A DNA stretch of 64,000 bases from positions 1,798,001 through 1,862,000 of the forward strand of contig OZ059900.1 of the NCBI GenBank assembly GCA_964057225.1. The letters run 5' to 3'. Both the position numbers and the translations under genes were made by a program. Source of the stretch: Auanema rhodensis. Lineage: Eukaryota > Animalia > Nematoda. A model generated the notes under the pieces. That model saw only the letters and a list, made by a program, of their open reading frames with translations, was not told the DNA's origin and did no database searches. Positions 1-11,600 of the stretch are shown here, piece by piece (positions within the stretch are counted from its first letter, which is position 1; every line of letters starts with the position of its first letter).

Positions 1-347
1 TTTGATCAAAAAAGGTCGAAAATAGAAAGAATTTTTGAATTTTCCGAGTTTTGAGTCCAATTGGGCTAAATCGCTAATATATATGATCAAAAGCATAGTT
101 TTACTGTCTATGATAACAAAAGTCTTCAAATATACACTAATAATGTGTAAATCACTGAATTTCACTCAAATAGCTTTACTACACTAAGTATGGTCGTTTT
201 TATGCCTTTAACACCATATACTCACCGATTTTTGGTACAAAATCTGTAATACTCGTAAATTTCGATCATATTCGTTAAGATTCGAGAATCAAACACACAA
301 TACACGAAATAAGTTTATTTTTACGAGTTTGCACTGATATTTATTCA

Positions 348-359
348 TTTTGATCAAAA
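348..359. other. Perfect 12-bp palindrome TTTTGATCAAAA (most monomers; broken in class F by ttttcatc)
   Basis: Self-complementary sequence read directly. Confidence 0.95.
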
Positions 360-422
360 AAGGTCGAAAATAGAAAGAATTTTTGAATTTTCCGAGTTTT
401 GAGTCCAATTGGGCTAAATCGC

Positions 423-434
423 TCATATATATGA
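423..434. other. Perfect 12-bp palindrome TCATATATATGA (most monomers)
   Basis: Self-complementary sequence read directly. It is altered in A' (ctaatat) and C'/C'' (tataagatc). Confidence 0.95.
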
Positions 435-523
435 TCAAAAGCATAGTTTCACTGTCTATGATAACAAAAGTCTTCAAATATACACTAATAATGATTAAAT
501 CACTGAATTTCACTCAAATAGCA

Positions 524-595
524 TTACTACACTAAGTATGGTCGTTTTTATGCCTTTAACACCATATACTCACCGATTTTTGGTACAAAATCTGT
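524..595. other. Near-invariant ~72-bp conserved block of the monomer, containing two inverted repeats
   Basis: The block is identical in almost all monomers. The only exceptions noticed were ttttcatg (C'), atgctttt (some D'), gctctact (about 48836) and ggttcaaa (62104). Stems: agtatggt(c)gtt with aacaccata(ta)ct, and gatttt with aaaatc. Confidence 0.8.
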
Positions 596-2720
596 AATAC
601 TTGTAAATTTTGATCATATTTGTTAAGATTCGAGAATCAAACACATAATACACAAAATAAGTCTATTTTTACAAGTTTGCACTGATATTTATTCATTTTG
701 ATCAAAAAAGGTCGAAAATAGAAAGAATTTTTGAAATTTCCGAGTTTTGAGTCCAATTTGGCTAAATCGCTCATATATATGATCAAAAGCATAGTTTTAT
801 TGTCTATAACAACAAAAGTCATCAATTAAACGCTAGTGATGTTTAAATACTGAATTTCGCTCAAATAGCATTACTACACTAAGTATGGTCGTTTTTATGC
901 CTTTAACACCATATACTCACCGATTTTTGGTACAAAATCTGTAATACTCGTAGATTTTGATCATATTCGTTAAGATTTGAGAATCAAACATACAATACAC
1001 AAAATCAGTCTATTTTTATGAGCTTGCACTGATATATATTCATTTTGATCAAAAAAGGTCGAAAATAGAAAGAATTTTTGAAATTTCCGAGTTTTGAGTC
1101 TAATTTGGCTAAATCGCTCATATATATGATCAAAAGCATAGTTTTATTGTCTATGACAACAAAAGTCATCAATTAAATGCTAGTGATGTTTAAATACTGA
1201 ATTTCGCTCAAATAGCATTACTACACTAAGTATGGTCGTTTTTATGCCTTTAACACCATATACTCACCGATTTTTGGTACAAAATCTGTAATACTCGTAA
1301 ATTTTGATCATATTCGGTGAGATTCGAGAATCAAACACACAATACACGAAATAAGTTTATTTTGACGAGTTTGCACTGGTATTTATTCATTTTGATCAAA
1401 AAAGGTCGAAAATAGAAAGAATTTTTGAATTTTCCGAGTTTTGAGTCCAATTGGGCTAAATCGCTCATATATATGATCAAAAGCATAGTTTTACTGTCTA
1501 TGATAACAAAAGTCTTCAAATATACACTAATAATGTGTAAATCACTGAATTTCACTCAAATAGCTTTACTACACTAAGTATGGTCGTTTTTATGCCTTTA
1601 ACACCATATACTCACCGATTTTTGGTACAAAATCTGTAATACTCGTAAATTTTGATCATATTCGGTGAGATTCGAGAATCAAACACACAATACACGAAAT
1701 AAGTTTATTTTGACGAGTTTGCACTGGTATTTATTCATTTTGATCAAAAAAGGTCGAAAATAGAAAGAATTTTTGAATTTTCCGAGTTTTGAGTCCAATT
1801 GGGCTAAATCGCTAATATATATGATCAAAAGCATAGTTTTACTGTCTATGATAACAAAAGTCTTCAAATATACACTAATAATGTGTAAATCACTGAATTT
1901 CACTCAAATAGCTTTACTACACTAAGTATGGTCGTTTTTATGCCTTTAACACCATATACTCACCGATTTTTGGTACAAAATCTGTAATACTTGTAAATTT
2001 TGATCATATTCGTTAAGATTTGAGAATCAAACATACAATACACAAAATCAGTCTATTTTTATGAGCTTGCACTGATATATATTCATTTTGATCAAAAAAG
2101 GTCGAAAATAGAAAGAATTTTTGAAATTTCCGAGTTTTGAGTCTAATTTGGCTAAATCGCTCATATATATGATCAAAAGCATAGTTTTATTGTCTATGAC
2201 AACAAAAGTCATCAATTAAATGCTAGTGATGTTTAAATACTGAATTTCGCTCAAATAGCATTACTACACTAAGTATGGTCGTTTTTATGCCTTTAACACC
2301 ATATACTCACCGATTTTTGGTACAAAATCTGTAATACTCGTAAATTTTGATCATATTCGTTAAGATTTGAGAATCAAACATACAATACACAAAATCAGTC
2401 TATTTTTATGAGCTTGCACTGATATATATTCATTTTGATCAAAAAAGGTCGAAAATAGAAAGAATTTTTGAAATTTCCGAGTTTTGAGTCTAATTTGGCT
2501 AAATCGCTCATATATATGATCAAAAGCATAGTTTTATTGTCTATGACAACAAAAGTCATCAATTAAATGCTAGTGATGTTTAAATACTGAATTTCGCTCA
2601 AATAGCATTACTACACTAAGTATGGTCGTTTTTATGCCTTTAACACCATATACTCACCGATTTTTGGTACAAAATCTGTAATACTCGTAAATTTTGATCA
2701 TATTCGGTGAGATTCGAGAA

Positions 2721-4110
2721 TCAAACACACAATACACGAAATAAGTTTATTTTGACGAGTTTGCACTGGTATTTATTCATTTTGATCAAAAAAGGTCGAA
2801 AATAGAAAGAATTTTTGAATTTTCCGAGTTTTGAGTCCAATTGGGCTAAATCGCTAATATATATGATCAAAAACATAGTTTTACTGTCTATGATAACAAA
2901 AGTCTTCAAATATACACTAATAATGTGTAAATCACTGAATTTCACTCAAATAGCTTTACTACACTAAGTATGGTCGTTTTTATGCCTTTAACACCATATA
3001 CTCACCGATTTTTGGTACAAAATCTGTAATACTCGTAAATTTCGATCATATTCGTTAAGATTCGAGAATCAAACACACAATACACGAAATAAGTTTATTT
3101 TTACGAGTTTGCACTGATATTTATTCATTTTGATCAAAAAAGGTCGAAAATAGAAAGAATTTTTGAATTTTCCGAGTTTTGAGTCCAATTGGGCTAAATC
3201 GCTCATATATATGATCAAAAGCATAGTTTCACTGTCTATGATAACAAAAGTCTTCAAATATACACTAATAATGATTAAATCACTGAATTTCACTCAAATA
3301 GCATTACTACACTAAGTATGGTCGTTTTTATGCCTTTAACACCATATACTCACCGATTTTTGGTACAAAATCTGTAATACTTGTAAATTTTGATCATATT
3401 TGTTAAGATTCGAGAATCAAACACATAATACACAAAATAAGTCTATTTTTACAAGTTTGCACTGATATTTATTCATTTTGATCAAAAAAGGTCGAAAATA
3501 GAAAGAATTTTTGAAATTTCCGAGTTTTGAGTCCAATTTGGCTAAATCGCTCATATATATGATCAAAAGCATAGTTTTATTGTCTATAACAACAAAAGTC
3601 ATCAATTAAACGCTAGTGATGTTTAAATACTGAATTTCGCTCAAATAGCATTACTACACTAAGTATGGTCGTTTTTATGCCTTTAACACCATATACTCAC
3701 CGATTTTTGGTACAAAATCTGTAATACTCGTAAATTTTGATCATATTCGTTAAGATTTGTGAATCAAACATACAATACACAGAATCAGTCTATTTTTATG
3801 AGCTTGCACTGATATATATTCATTTTGATCAAAAAAGGTCGAAAATAGAAAGAATTTTTGAAATTTCCGAGTTTTGAGTCTAATTTGGCTAAATCGCTCA
3901 TATATATGATCAAAAGCATAGTTTTATTGTCTATGACAACAAAAGTCATCAATTAAATGCTAGTGATGTTTAAATACTGAATTTCGCTCAAATAGCATTA
4001 CTACACTAAGTATGGTCGTTTTTATGCCTTTAACACCATATACTCACCGATTTTTGGTACAAAATCTGTAATACTCGTAAATTTTGATCATATTCGGTGA
4101 GATTCGAGAA
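2721..4110 (+). repeat. Basic 4-mer higher-order repeat unit A-B-C-D (348+348+347+347 = 1390 bp)
   Basis: A is marked by cggtgag/ctggta/aatgtgta/gcttta, B by ttcgatc/tttcactg, C by cacataat/acaagttt/ctataac and D by catacaat/atgagctt/gtctaatt/aaatgcta. The same order recurs at 10715, 31919, 35394, 36784, 41998, 44431 and 48601. Confidence 0.9.
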
Positions 4111-6544
4111 TCAAACACACAATACACGAAATAAGTTTATTTTGACGAGTTTGCACTGGTATTTATTCATTTTGATCAAAAAAGGTCGAAAATAGAAAGA
4201 ATTTTTGAATTTTCCGAGTTTTGAGTCCAATTGGGCTAAATCGCTCATATATATGATCAAAAGCATAGTTTTACTGTCTATGATAACAAAAGTCTTCAAA
4301 TATACACTAATAATGTGTAAATCACTGAATTTCACTCAAATAGCTTTACTACACTAAGTATGGTCGTTTTTATGCCTTTAACACCATATACTCACCGATT
4401 TTTGGTACAAAATCTGTAATACTCGTAAATTTCGATCATATTCGTTAAGATTCGAGAATCAAACACACAATACACGAAATAAGTTTATTTTTACGAGTTC
4501 GCACTGATATTTATTCATTTTGATCAAAAAAGGTCGAAAATAGAAAGAATTTTTGAATTTTCCGAGTTTTGAGTCCAATTGGGCTAAATCGCTCATATAT
4601 ATGATCAAAAGCATAGTTTCACTGTCTATGATAACAAAAGTCTTCAAATATACACTAGTAATGATTAAATCACTGAATTTCACTCAAATAGCATTACTAC
4701 ACTAAGTATGGTCGTTTTTATGCCTTTAACACCATATACTCACCGATTTTTGGTACAAAATCTGTGATACTCGTAAATTTTGATCATATTCGTTAAGATT
4801 TGAGAACCAAACATACAATACACAAAATCAGTCTATTTTTATGAGCTTGCACTGATGTATATTCATTTTGATCAAAAAAGGTCGAAAATAGAATGAATTT
4901 TTGAAATTTCCGAGTTTTGAGTCTAATTTGGCTAAATCGCTCATATATATGATCAAAAGCATAGTTTTACTGTCTATGATAACAAAAGTCTTCAAATATA
5001 CACTAATAATGATTAAATCACTGATTTTCAGTCAAATAGCATTACTACACTAAGTATGGTCGTTTTTATGCCTTTAACACCATATACTCACCGATTTTTG
5101 GTACAAAATCTGTAATACTTGTAAATTTTGATCATATTTGTTAAGATTCGAGAATCAAACACATAATACACGAAATAAGTCTATTTTTACAAGTTTGCAC
5201 TGATATTTATTCATTTTGATCAAAAAAGGTCGAAAATAGAAAAAATTTTTGAAATTTCCGAGTTTTGAGTCCAATTTGGCTAAATCGCTCATATATAAGA
5301 TCAAAAGCATAGTTTTATTGTCTATAACAACAAAAGTCATCAATTAAACGCTAGTGATATTTAAATACTGATTTTCGCTCAAGTAGCATTACTACACTAA
5401 GTATGGTCGTTTTCATGCCTTTAACACCATATACTCACCGATTTTTGGTACAAAATCTGTAATACTTGTAAATTTTGATCATATTCGTTAAGATTTGAGA
5501 ATCGAACATACAATACACAAAATCAGTCTATTTTTATGAGCTTGCACTGATATATATTCATTTTGATCAAAAAAGGTCGAAAATAGAAAGAATTTTTGAA
5601 ATTTCCGAGTTTTGAGTCTAATTTGGCTAAATCGCTCATATATATGATCAGAAGCATAGTTTTAATGTCTATGACAACAAAAATCATCAATTAAACGCTA
5701 GTGATATTTAAATACTGATTTTCGCTCAAATAGCATTACTACACTAAGTATGGTCGTTTTTATGCTTTTAACACCATATACTCACCGATTTTTGGTACAA
5801 AATCTGTAATACTCGTAAAATTTGATCATATTTGTTAAGATTTGAGAATCAAACACACAATACACAAAATCAGTCTATTTTTATGAGTTTACACTGATAT
5901 ATATTCATTTTCATCAAAAAAGGTCGAAAATAGAAAGAATTTTTGAATTTTCCGAGTTTTGAGTCGAATTGGGCTAAATCGCTCATATATATGATCAAAA
6001 GCATAGTTTTACTGTCTATGATAACAAAAGTCTTCAAATATACACTAATAATGATTAAATCACTGAATTTCACTCAAATAGCATTACTACACTAAGTATG
6101 GTCGTTTTTATGCCTTTAACACCATATACTCACCGATTTTTGGTACAAAATCTGTAATACTCGTAAATTTCGATCATATTCGTTAAGATTCGAGAATCAA
6201 ACACACAATACACGAAATAAGTTTATTTTGACGAATTTGCACTGATATTTATTCATTTTGATCAAAAAAGGTCGAAAATAGAAAGAATTTTTTAATTTTC
6301 CGAGTTTTGAGTCCAATTGGGCTAAATCGCTCATATATATGATCAAAAGCATAGTTTCACTGTCTATGATAACAAAAGTCTTCAAATATACACTAGTAAT
6401 GATTAAATCACTGAATTTCACTCAAATAGCATTACTACACTAAGTATGGTCGTTTTTATGCCTTTAACACCATATACTCACCGATTTTTGGTACAAAATC
6501 TGTAATACTTGTAAATTTTGATCATATTTGTTAAGATTCGAGAA

Positions 6545-8630
6545 TCAAACACATAATACACGAAATAAGTTTATTTTTACAAGTTTGCACTGATATTTAT
6601 TCATTTTGATCAAAAAAAGGTCGAAAATAGAAAAATTTTTTGAAATTTCCGAGTTTTGAGTCCAATTTGGCTAAATCGCTCATATATAAGATCAAAAGCA
6701 TAGTTTTATTGTCTATAACAACAAAAGTCATCAATTAAACGCTAGTGATATTTAAATACTGATTTTCGCTCAAGTAGCATTACTACACTAAGTATGGTCG
6801 TTTTTATGCCTTTAACACCATATACTCACCGATTTTTGGTACAAAATCTGTAATACTTGTAAATTTTGATCATATTCGTTAAGATTTGAGAATCGAACAT
6901 ACAATACACAAAATCAGTCTATTTTTATGAGCTTGCACTGATATATATTCATTTTGATCAAAAAAGGTCGAAAATAGAAAGAATTTTTGAAATTTCCGAG
7001 TTTTGAGTCTAATTTGGCTAAATCGCTCATATATATGATCAGAAGCATAGTTTTAATGTCTATGACAACAAAAATCATCAATTAAACGCTAGTGTTGTTT
7101 AAATACTGATTTTCGCTCAAATAGCATTACTACACTAAGTATGGTCGTTTTTATGCCTTTAACACCATATACTCACCGATTTTTGGTACAAAATCTGTAA
7201 TACTCGTAAAATTTGATCATATTTGTTAAGATTTGAGAATCAAACACACAATACACAAAATCAGTCTATTTTTATGAGTTTACACTGATATATATTCATT
7301 TTCATCAAAAAAGGTCGAAAATAGAAAGAATTTTTGAATTTTCCGAGTTTTGAGTCGAATTGGGCTAAATCGCTCATATATATGATCAAAAGCATAGTTT
7401 TACTGTCTATGATAACAAAAGTCTTCAAATATACACTAATAATGATTAAATCACTGAATTTCACTCAAATAGCATTACTACACTAAGTATGGTCGTTTTT
7501 ATGCCTTTAACACCATATACTCACCGATTTTTGGTACAAAATCTGTAATACTTGTAAATTTTGATCATATTTGTTAAGATTCGAGAATCAAACACATAAT
7601 ACACGAAATAAGTTTATTTTTACAAGTTTGCACTGATATTTATTCATTTTGATCAAAAAAAGGTCGAAAATAGAAAAATTTTTTGAAATTTCCGAGTTTT
7701 GAGTCCAATTTGGCTAAATCGCTCATATATAAGATCAAAAGCATAGTTTTATTGTCTATAACAACAAAAGTCATCAATTAAACGCTAGTGATATTTAAAT
7801 ACTGATTTTCGCTCAAGTAGCATTACTACACTAAGTATGGTCGTTTTTATGCCTTTAACACCATATACTCACCGATTTTTGGTACAAAATCTGTAATACT
7901 TGTAAATTTTGATCATATTCGTTAAGATTTGAGAATCGAACATACAATACACAAAATCAGTCTATTTTTATGAGCTTGCACTGATATATATTCATTTTGA
8001 TCAAAAAAGGTCGAAAATAGAAAGAATTTTTGAAATTTCCGAGTTTTGAGTCTAATTTGGCTAAATCGCTCATATATATGATCAGAAGCATAGTTTTAAT
8101 GTCTATGACAACAAAAATCATCAATTAAACGCTAGTGTTGTTTAAATACTGATTTTCGCTCAAATAGCATTACTACACTAAGTATGGTCGTTTTTATGCC
8201 TTTAACACCATATACTCACCGATTTTTGGTACAAAATCTGTAATACTCGTAAAATTTGATCATATTTGTTAAGATTTGAGAATCAAACACACAATACACA
8301 AAATCAGTCTATTTTTATGAGTTTACACTGATATATATTCATTTTCATCAAAAAAGGTCGAAAATAGAAAGAATTTTTGAATTTTCCGAGTTTTGAGTCG
8401 AATTGGGCTAAATCGCTCATATATATGATCAAAAGCATAGTTTTACTGTCTATGATAACAAAAGTCTTCAAATATACACTAATAATGATTAAATCACTGA
8501 ATTTCACTCAAATAGCATTACTACACTAAGTATGGTCGTTTTTATGCCTTTAACACCATATACTCACCGATTTTTGGTACAAAATCTGTAATACTTGTAA
8601 ATTTTGATCATATTTGTTAAGATTCGAGAA
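6545..8630 (+). repeat. Tandem 3-mer duplication (C''-D'-F)x2, 1043-bp unit
   Basis: ORFs at 7261 and 8304 are 1043 apart. Both copies carry the aagtttattt variant in C'' and the gctagtgttg variant in D'. Confidence 0.88.
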
Positions 8631-11600
8631 TCAAACACATAATACACAAAATAAGTCTATTTTTACAAGTTTGCACTGATATTTATTCATTTTGATCAAA
8701 AAAGGTCGAAAATAGAAAGAATTTTTAAAATTTCCGAGTTTTGAGTCCAATTTGGCTAAATCGCTCATATATATGATCAAAAGCATAGTTTTATTGTCTA
8801 TAACAACAAAAGTCATCAATTAAACGCTAGTGATGTTTAAATACTGAATTTCGCTCAAATAGCATTACTACACTAAGTATGGTCGTTTTTATGCCTTTAA
8901 CACCATATACTCACCGATTTTTGGTACAAAATCTGTAATACTCGTAAATTTTGATCATATTCGTTAAGATTTGAGAATCAAACATACAATACACAAAATC
9001 AGTCTATTTTTATGAGCTTGCACTGATATATATTCATTTTGATCAAAAAAGGTCGAAAATAGAAAGAATTTTTGAAATTTCCGAGTTTTGAGTCTAATTT
9101 GGCTAAATCGCTCATATATATGATCAAAAGCATAGTTTTATTGTCTATGACAACAAAAGTCATCAATTAAATGCTAGTGATGTTTAAATACTGAATTTCG
9201 CTCAAATAGCATTACTACACTAAGTATGGTCGTTTTTATGCCTTTAACACCATATACTCACCGATTTTTGGTACAAAATCTGTAATACTCGTAAATTTTG
9301 ATCATATTCGGTGAGATTCGAGAATCAAACACACAATACACGAAATAAGTTTATTTTGACGAGTTTGCACTGGTATTTATTCATTTTGATCAAAAAAGGT
9401 CGAAAATAGAAAGAATTTTTGAATTTTCCGAGTTTTGAGTCCAATTGGGCTAAATCGCTCATATATATGATCAAAAGCATAGTTTTACTGTCTATGATAA
9501 CAAAAGTCTTCAAATATACACTAATAATGTGTAAATCACTGAATTTCACTCAAATAGCTTTACTACACTAAGTATGGTCGTTTTTATGCCTTTAACACCA
9601 TATACTCACCGATTTTTGGTACAAAATCTGTAATACTCGTAAATTTCGATCATATTCGTTAAGATTCGAGAATCAAACACACAATACACGAAATAAGTTT
9701 ATTTTTACGAGTTTGCACTGATATTTATTCATTTTGATCAAAAAAGGTCGAAAATAGAAAGAATTTTTGAATTTTCCGAGTTTTGAGTCCAATTGGGCTA
9801 AATCGCTCATATATATGATCAAAAGCATAGTTTCACTGTCTATGATAACAAAAGTCTTCAAATATACACTAGTAATGATGAAATCACTGAATTTCACTCA
9901 AATAGCATTACTACACTAAGTATGGTCGTTTTTATGCCTTTAACACCATATACTCACCGATTTTTGGTACAAAATCTGTAATACTCGTAAAATTTGATCA
10001 TATTTGTTAAGATTTGAGAATCAAACACACAATACACAAAATCAGTCTATTTTTATGAGTTTACACTGATATATATTCATTTTGATCAAAAAAGGTCGAA
10101 AATAGAAAGAATTTTTAAAATTTCCGAGTTTTGAGTCCAATTTGGCTAAATCGCTCATATATATGATCAAAAGCATAGTTTTATTGTCTATAACAACAAA
10201 AGTCATCAATTAAACGCTAGTGATGTTTAAATACTGAATTTCGCTCAAATAGCATTACTACACTAAGTATGGTCGTTTTTATGCCTTTAACACCATATAC
10301 TCACCGATTTTTGGTACAAAATCTGTAATACTCGTAAATTTCGATCATATTCGTTAAGATTTGAGAATCAAACATACAATACACAAAATCAGTCTATTTT
10401 TATGAGCTTGCACTGATATATATTCATTTTGATCAAAAAAGGTCGAAAATAGAAAGAATTTTTGAAATTTCCGAGTTTTGAGTCTAATTTGGCTAAATCG
10501 CTCATATATATGATCAAAAGCATAGTTTTATTGTCTATGACAACAAAAGTCATCAATTAAATGCTAGTGATGTTCAAATACTGAATTTCGCTCAAATAGC
10601 ATTACTACACTAAGTATGGTCGTTTTTATGCCTTTAACACCATATACTCACCGATTTTTGGTACAAAATCTGTAATACTCGTAAATTTTGATCATATTCG
10701 GTGAGATTCGAGAATCAAACACACAATACACGAAATAAGTTTATTTTGACGAGTTTGCACTGGTATTTATTCATTTTGATCAAAAAAGGTCGAAAATAGA
10801 AAGAATTTTTGAATTTTCCGAGTTTTGAGTCCAATTGGGCTAAATCGCTCATATATATGATCAAAAGCATAGTTTTACTGTCTATGATAACAAAAGTCTT
10901 CAAATATACACTAATAATGTGTAAATCACTGAATTTCACTCAAATAGCTTTACTACACTAAGTATGGTCGTTTTTATGCCTTTAACACCATATACTCACC
11001 GATTTTTGGTACAAAATCTGTAATACTCGTAAATTTCGATCATATTCGTTAAGATTCGAGAATCAAACACACAATACACGAAATAAGTTTATTTTTACGA
11101 GTTTGCACTGATATTTATTCATTTTGATCAAAAAAGGTCGAAAATAGAAAGAATTTTTGAATTTTCCGAGTTTTGAGTCCAATTGGGCTAAATCGCTCAT
11201 ATATATGATCAAAAGCATAGTTTCACTGTCTATGATAACAAAAGTCTTCAAATATACACTAGTAATGATGAAATCACTGAATTTCACTCAAATAGCATTA
11301 CTACACTAAGTATGGTCGTTTTTATGCCTTTAACACCATATACTCACCGATTTTTGGTACAAAATCTGTAATACTTGTAAATTTTGATCATATTTGTTAA
11401 GATTCGAGAATCAAACACATAATACACGAAATAAGTCTATTTTTACAAGTTTGCACTGATATTTATTCATTTTGATCAAAAAAGGTCGAAAATAGAAAGA
11501 ATTTTTGAAATTTCCGAGTTTTGAGTCCAATTTGGCTAAATCGCTCATATATATGATCAAAAGCATAGTGTTATTGTCTATAACAACAAAAGTCATCAAT

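Larger units (their letters stand above)
289..636 (+). repeat. Representative 348-bp monomer (class B; phase set arbitrarily at tcaaacac)
   Basis: tcaaacacacaatacac at 289 recurs as tcaaacacataatacac at 637. Hand count gives about 99 G+C in 348 bp, with many A/T tracts of 4-6 nt. Confidence 0.97.
1..4750 (+). repeat. Block duplicated at about 29199-33950 (offset 29,198 bp = 84 monomers)
   Basis: Both blocks have the same irregular order (A)-B-C-D-A-A-D-D-A-B-C-D-A-B. Rare variants are shared at the exact offset: g953/g30151, t3760/t32958 and g3782/g32980. Confidence 0.9.

Noticed and set aside
270-287. CENP-B-box-like motif attcgttaagattcgaga
   Set aside because: The canonical core is TTCG-N4-A-N2-CGGG. 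Here the spacing is one base longer and CGGG reads CGAG, so it does not meet the consensus.
289-636. Tandem RNA gene array (5S rRNA, tRNA, spliced-leader or snRNA) or a satellite-encoded hammerhead ribozyme
   Set aside because: I recognised no 5S or tRNA sequence and no Pol III A/B/C boxes, and found no CTGANGA hammerhead core on either strand. Sm-like ATTTTTGR strings are expected by chance in T-tract-rich DNA. An Infernal scan would settle it.
608-788. MITE with 12-bp terminal inverted repeats
   Set aside because: The inverted match is short and AT-rich, with no target-site duplication and no dispersed copy visible here. A transposon origin cannot be supported from this window.
524-943. 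CRISPR-like appearance (constant block alternating with variable sequence)
   Set aside because: The intervening ~275 bp are homologous variants of one another, not unique spacers. The lengths do not fit, and there are no cas genes or leader.
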